Shown one piece after another: positions 62,077 through 64,000 of a stretch of DNA of 64,000 nt. The stretch is from an uncultured Rickettsiales bacterium (lineage in GTDB: Bacteria > Myxococcota_A > UBA796 > UBA9615): NCBI GenBank assembly GCA_964490445.1, contig CAZBDA010000010.1, positions 7,830-71,829 of the forward strand. The letters are read 5' to 3'. The notes below the pieces were generated by a model. The model was not told where the DNA came from, made no database searches, and saw nothing but the letters and a program-made list of their open reading frames with translations. The stretch's first letter is position 1, and each line of letters starts with the position of its first letter. Made by a program: the position numbers and the translations under genes.

Positions 62077-64000
62077 CTAGCGGAAGACGTACTCCGCGTA
62101 GCCATCAGCGTTGTTGATCCCTGGCGCCGTGGCCTGATCGCTGTCCATACCATCGTAGTACGACGATCCGCCGCCGGCGGGTGCATTCGAGATGCTGCCG
62201 GCGCCGCCTCCGTACCAGCCGCCTCCGCCACCTCCCTCGTCGTTGTCCTGGACGTTGTTGCCGCCGGCTCCGAACGAGCCATTTGCGGAAGAGGTGTTCG
62301 TGGTTGTTCCGCCTGCGGTCTGGCTGCCTCCAAAGCCTCGACCGCTGGGACTTCCAGAAGTACTTCCATCGCCGCCGTTGAGGCCACCGCCAGCTCCGCC
62401 AGGGGAATTACAGCTCGCGTTTCCGCAGCCGCCTCCACCTCCGGCCACCAGGATCCTGGAGTTCAGGTCTCCCAGAGTGGTGCGAAGGTCAGTGCCTCCT
62501 CCCCCGCCGGAGCCGCCGCGTGTGCCACGGCCTCCTCCATTGAAGCCGCCGCTCTGGGTGTTGGGAGGACCCTGATCTTCTACTCCGCCCGCATCGCCCT
62601 GGCCGCCGACGTACAGGTGCAACGTAGTCTCCGGGGGGAAGGTCCTGGCGCCGCTGGCGCGGCCTCCGAGGCCGCCATTGGTGTTGATTCCGGTACCGCC
62701 GGCTGCACCGTGCAGTGTGAACAGGTACTCAGCGGTGCTGTTGACCGTCGAAAAGCTGTGCTCGCTGCCGGTGTGTTCCACGCGGAATGGACTGGCCACG
62801 GACTGGTAGGTCCAGCCTCCACCCGTCATGTCACAGAACACCTGGAAGGCGTTATTGGTGTCGCCGTCGTCGTCAGTGTCGATCCAATAGGTTCCGTCTC
62901 CCGAACCGGGGAACTGCGCCAGGATTGTGCCGCAGGTGATGCCGGCATTGGCCTGGCTGATGCCGTCGCGACAGTTGGCAAAGCAGCTGGGGTCGAGGTC
63001 GTTGCCATCGGTACCGCCGCTGAGCTCTGCCGCCGAGTCGTGTCCGTCGCCGGCCTGGTCGAAGTCGCGGGCTCCGCTGCAGTCCAGGTCGATGCCGTCG
63101 TACCAGATCTCCACTGCGCCGGGATTGATGGCCGTGTCGTTGTCGTTGCAGTCGCCGGAATTGTTGATGAAGCCGGTGGTTGCGCTGCAGGCTGCGATGG
63201 AGTTGCCCAGGTCGCCGAAGCCGTCGCCGTCGCTATCGGCGTAGAAAGTGGTGGCATTGATCGCGCCCTCGTCGACGGAGCTGTCACAGTCGTTGTCTTC
63301 GCCGTCGCAGACTTCCAGTGCGCCGGGGTTCTCGGTGGGGTCGGCGCCATCGCAGTCGTTGCCGTTGGCGCTGTAGCCGGTTGGTTGGAAGCAGGCTGCC
63401 TGGGGGGTGCCGGGGTCTCCGTAGCCATCGCCGTCGCCGTCGAGGAAGAAGGTGGTCGAGACACCCTCGTCGACCTGGCCGTTGCAGTCGTTGTCGGCGT
63501 CGTCGCAGACCTCGGTGCCGCCGGGGAAGGCGGTCGCGTGGAGGGCGTGGCACTGCCGTGCGTGGAAGATGTAGCCGGGCGGCGGCGTGCAGGCCAGCTG
63601 ACTGCCCACCGGGCTGCCGAAGCCGTCGCCGTCGAAGTCGGCGAACCAGTTGGTGGGTGCCGCGCTGCCTTCGTCGACGCTGCCGTCGCAGTTGTTGTCG
63701 GCTTCATCACAGATCTCGGGTGCGCCCGGGTAGGCACTTGGATTCAGGTCGTCGCAGTCATCGTCGGTTACGACGTAGCCCAGCGGCTGGCTGCAGGCCG
63801 GCAGGATCGGCTGCGTGCGCCCGTAGCCGTCGCCGTCGGCATCGAAGTACCAGTTGGTCTCGCCGGTGGCACCGCTCTCGTCGACCTGCCCGTCGCAGTC
63901 ATTGTCGAGCCCGTCGCAGGTCTCAAGCGCAGCAGTGTTGAGGGCTGAGTTGTTGTCGTCGCAGTCCTCGCAGGCGGCGAGACCGTCGCCGTCGACGTCC
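62077..64000 (-). CDS. Secreted protein with tandem MopE-like 'putative metal-binding motif' repeats and Gly-rich C-terminal region; 5' end lies beyond window
   Basis: The minus-strand frame stays open from 64000 down past the table start at 63609. At least five ~55-aa repeats of [CDxxDNDCDGxVDEG...FYxDxDGDGYG...C]. C-terminus GGGGGTDL...GGGGGCGNASC. Confidence 0.55.
   Translation of the reverse strand, partial: DVDGDGLAACEDCDDNNSALNTAALETCDGLDNDCDGQVDESGATGETNWYFDADGDGYGRTQPILPACSQPLGYVVTDDDCDDLNPSAYPGAPEICDEADNNCDGSVDEGSAAPTNWFADFDGDGFGSPVGSQLACTPPPGYIFHARQCHALHATAFPGGTEVCDDADNDCNGQVDEGVSTTFFLDGDGDGYGDPGTPQAACFQPTGYSANGNDCDGADPTENPGALEVCDGEDNDCDSSVDEGAINATTFYADSDGDGFGDLGNSIAACSATTGFINNSGDCNDNDTAINPGAVEIWYDGIDLDCSGARDFDQAGDGHDSAAELSGGTDGNDLDPSCFANCRDGISQANAGITCGTILAQFPGSGDGTYWIDTDDDGDTNNAFQVFCDMTGGGWTYQSVASPFRVEHTGSEHSFSTVNSTAEYLFTLHGAAGGTGINTNGGLGGRASGARTFPPETTLHLYVGGQGDAGGVEDQGPPNTQSGGFNGGGRGTRGGSGGGGGTDLRTTLGDLNSRILVAGGGGGCGNASCNSPGGAGGGLNGGDGSTSGSPSGRGFGGSQTAGGTTTNTSSANGSFGAGGNNVQDNDEGGGGGGWYGGGAGSISNAPAGGGSSYYDGMDSDQATAPGINNADGYAEYVFR

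Noticed and set aside
1-64000. Search for rRNA, tRNA, CRISPR arrays, IS elements/transposases, integrases, phage genes
   Set aside because: Non-coding gaps are all under 250 nt. None shows tRNA-like cloverleaf potential, regularly spaced direct repeats, terminal inverted repeats or transposase/integrase motifs on inspection. The only nucleotide-level repeats found were the mini-lipoprotein duplicates, the 38-nt element pair and the TSP3 intragenic repeats.

Overview
The window is a 64 kb, high-GC (about 65-67%), densely coding bacterial chromosomal segment with about 50 protein genes on both strands. I found no rRNA, tRNA, CRISPR array, IS element or transposase.

Several features point to Myxococcota or a close relative (inference from sequence only):
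- A MYXO-CTERM-type C-terminal sorting signal (Cys/Gly-rich segment, hydrophobic helix, RRRQR) on a beta-helix protein.
- Repeated MopE-like 'putative metal-binding' Cys/Asp motifs (CxDxDxDC...DGDGYG) in three secreted proteins.
- Many lipoproteins, FG-GAP/ASPIC and thrombospondin-type-3 (TSP3) repeats.
- A large Ser/Thr-kinase-like STAND regulator.

Recognisable housekeeping content:
- A minus-strand nucleoside-catabolism operon: deoC, deoA, nupC, punA, cdd, rnd, then a family-1 glycosyltransferase.
- UDP-xylose synthase plus UDP-glucose 6-dehydrogenase.
- Two aldehyde dehydrogenases and a GMC oxidoreductase truncated at the 5' window edge.
- A GntR regulator, an NhaC-like antiporter, and a fused MFS/spermidine-synthase protein.
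- PlsC acyltransferase, an NAD-dependent epimerase and homocysteine S-methyltransferase.
- An MDR dehydrogenase and a hotdog thioesterase.
- A Dam-like N6-adenine DNA methyltransferase and a GNAT acetyltransferase.
- A GAF/HD-GYP phosphodiesterase and a standalone cNMP-binding protein.
- A HAD phosphatase coupled to a GT-C-like membrane protein.

Most interesting loci:
(a) A 1.2k-aa protein (23183..26908, minus). It fuses a degenerate Ser/Thr kinase domain (catalytic HRD Asp, Lys and Asn all replaced), an OmpR/PhoB-type winged-helix DNA-binding domain, an NB-ARC/STAND ATPase and TPR repeats.
(b) A 38-nt motif, 33/38 identical, sits 80-95 nt upstream of the two genes flanking (a), in the same orientation to each. 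It contains TGAAACA/CGAAACA direct repeats 21 bp apart. This may be the regulator's own operator.
(c) Two diverged inverted copies of a 40-42-aa acidic mini-lipoprotein gene bracket a secreted HExxH metallopeptidase-like gene. Their 3' ends carry conserved UUCG-tetraloop plus terminator hairpins.
(d) A MYXO-CTERM beta-helix surface protein is ATGA-coupled to a di-haem cytochrome c peroxidase/MauG-like lipoprotein.
(e) A TSP3-repeat plus VWA-like lipoprotein carries intragenic 84-nt tandem repeats.
(f) An 11-Cys 65-aa protein sits in a cNMP/HD-GYP signalling cluster.
(g) Two small ORFs are separated only by an in-frame TGA.

The genome shows pervasive 4-nt ATGA/GTGA start-stop overlaps. Long antisense ORFs typical of high-GC DNA were rejected. 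Gene starts are approximate, and all family assignments come from motif recognition without database searches.
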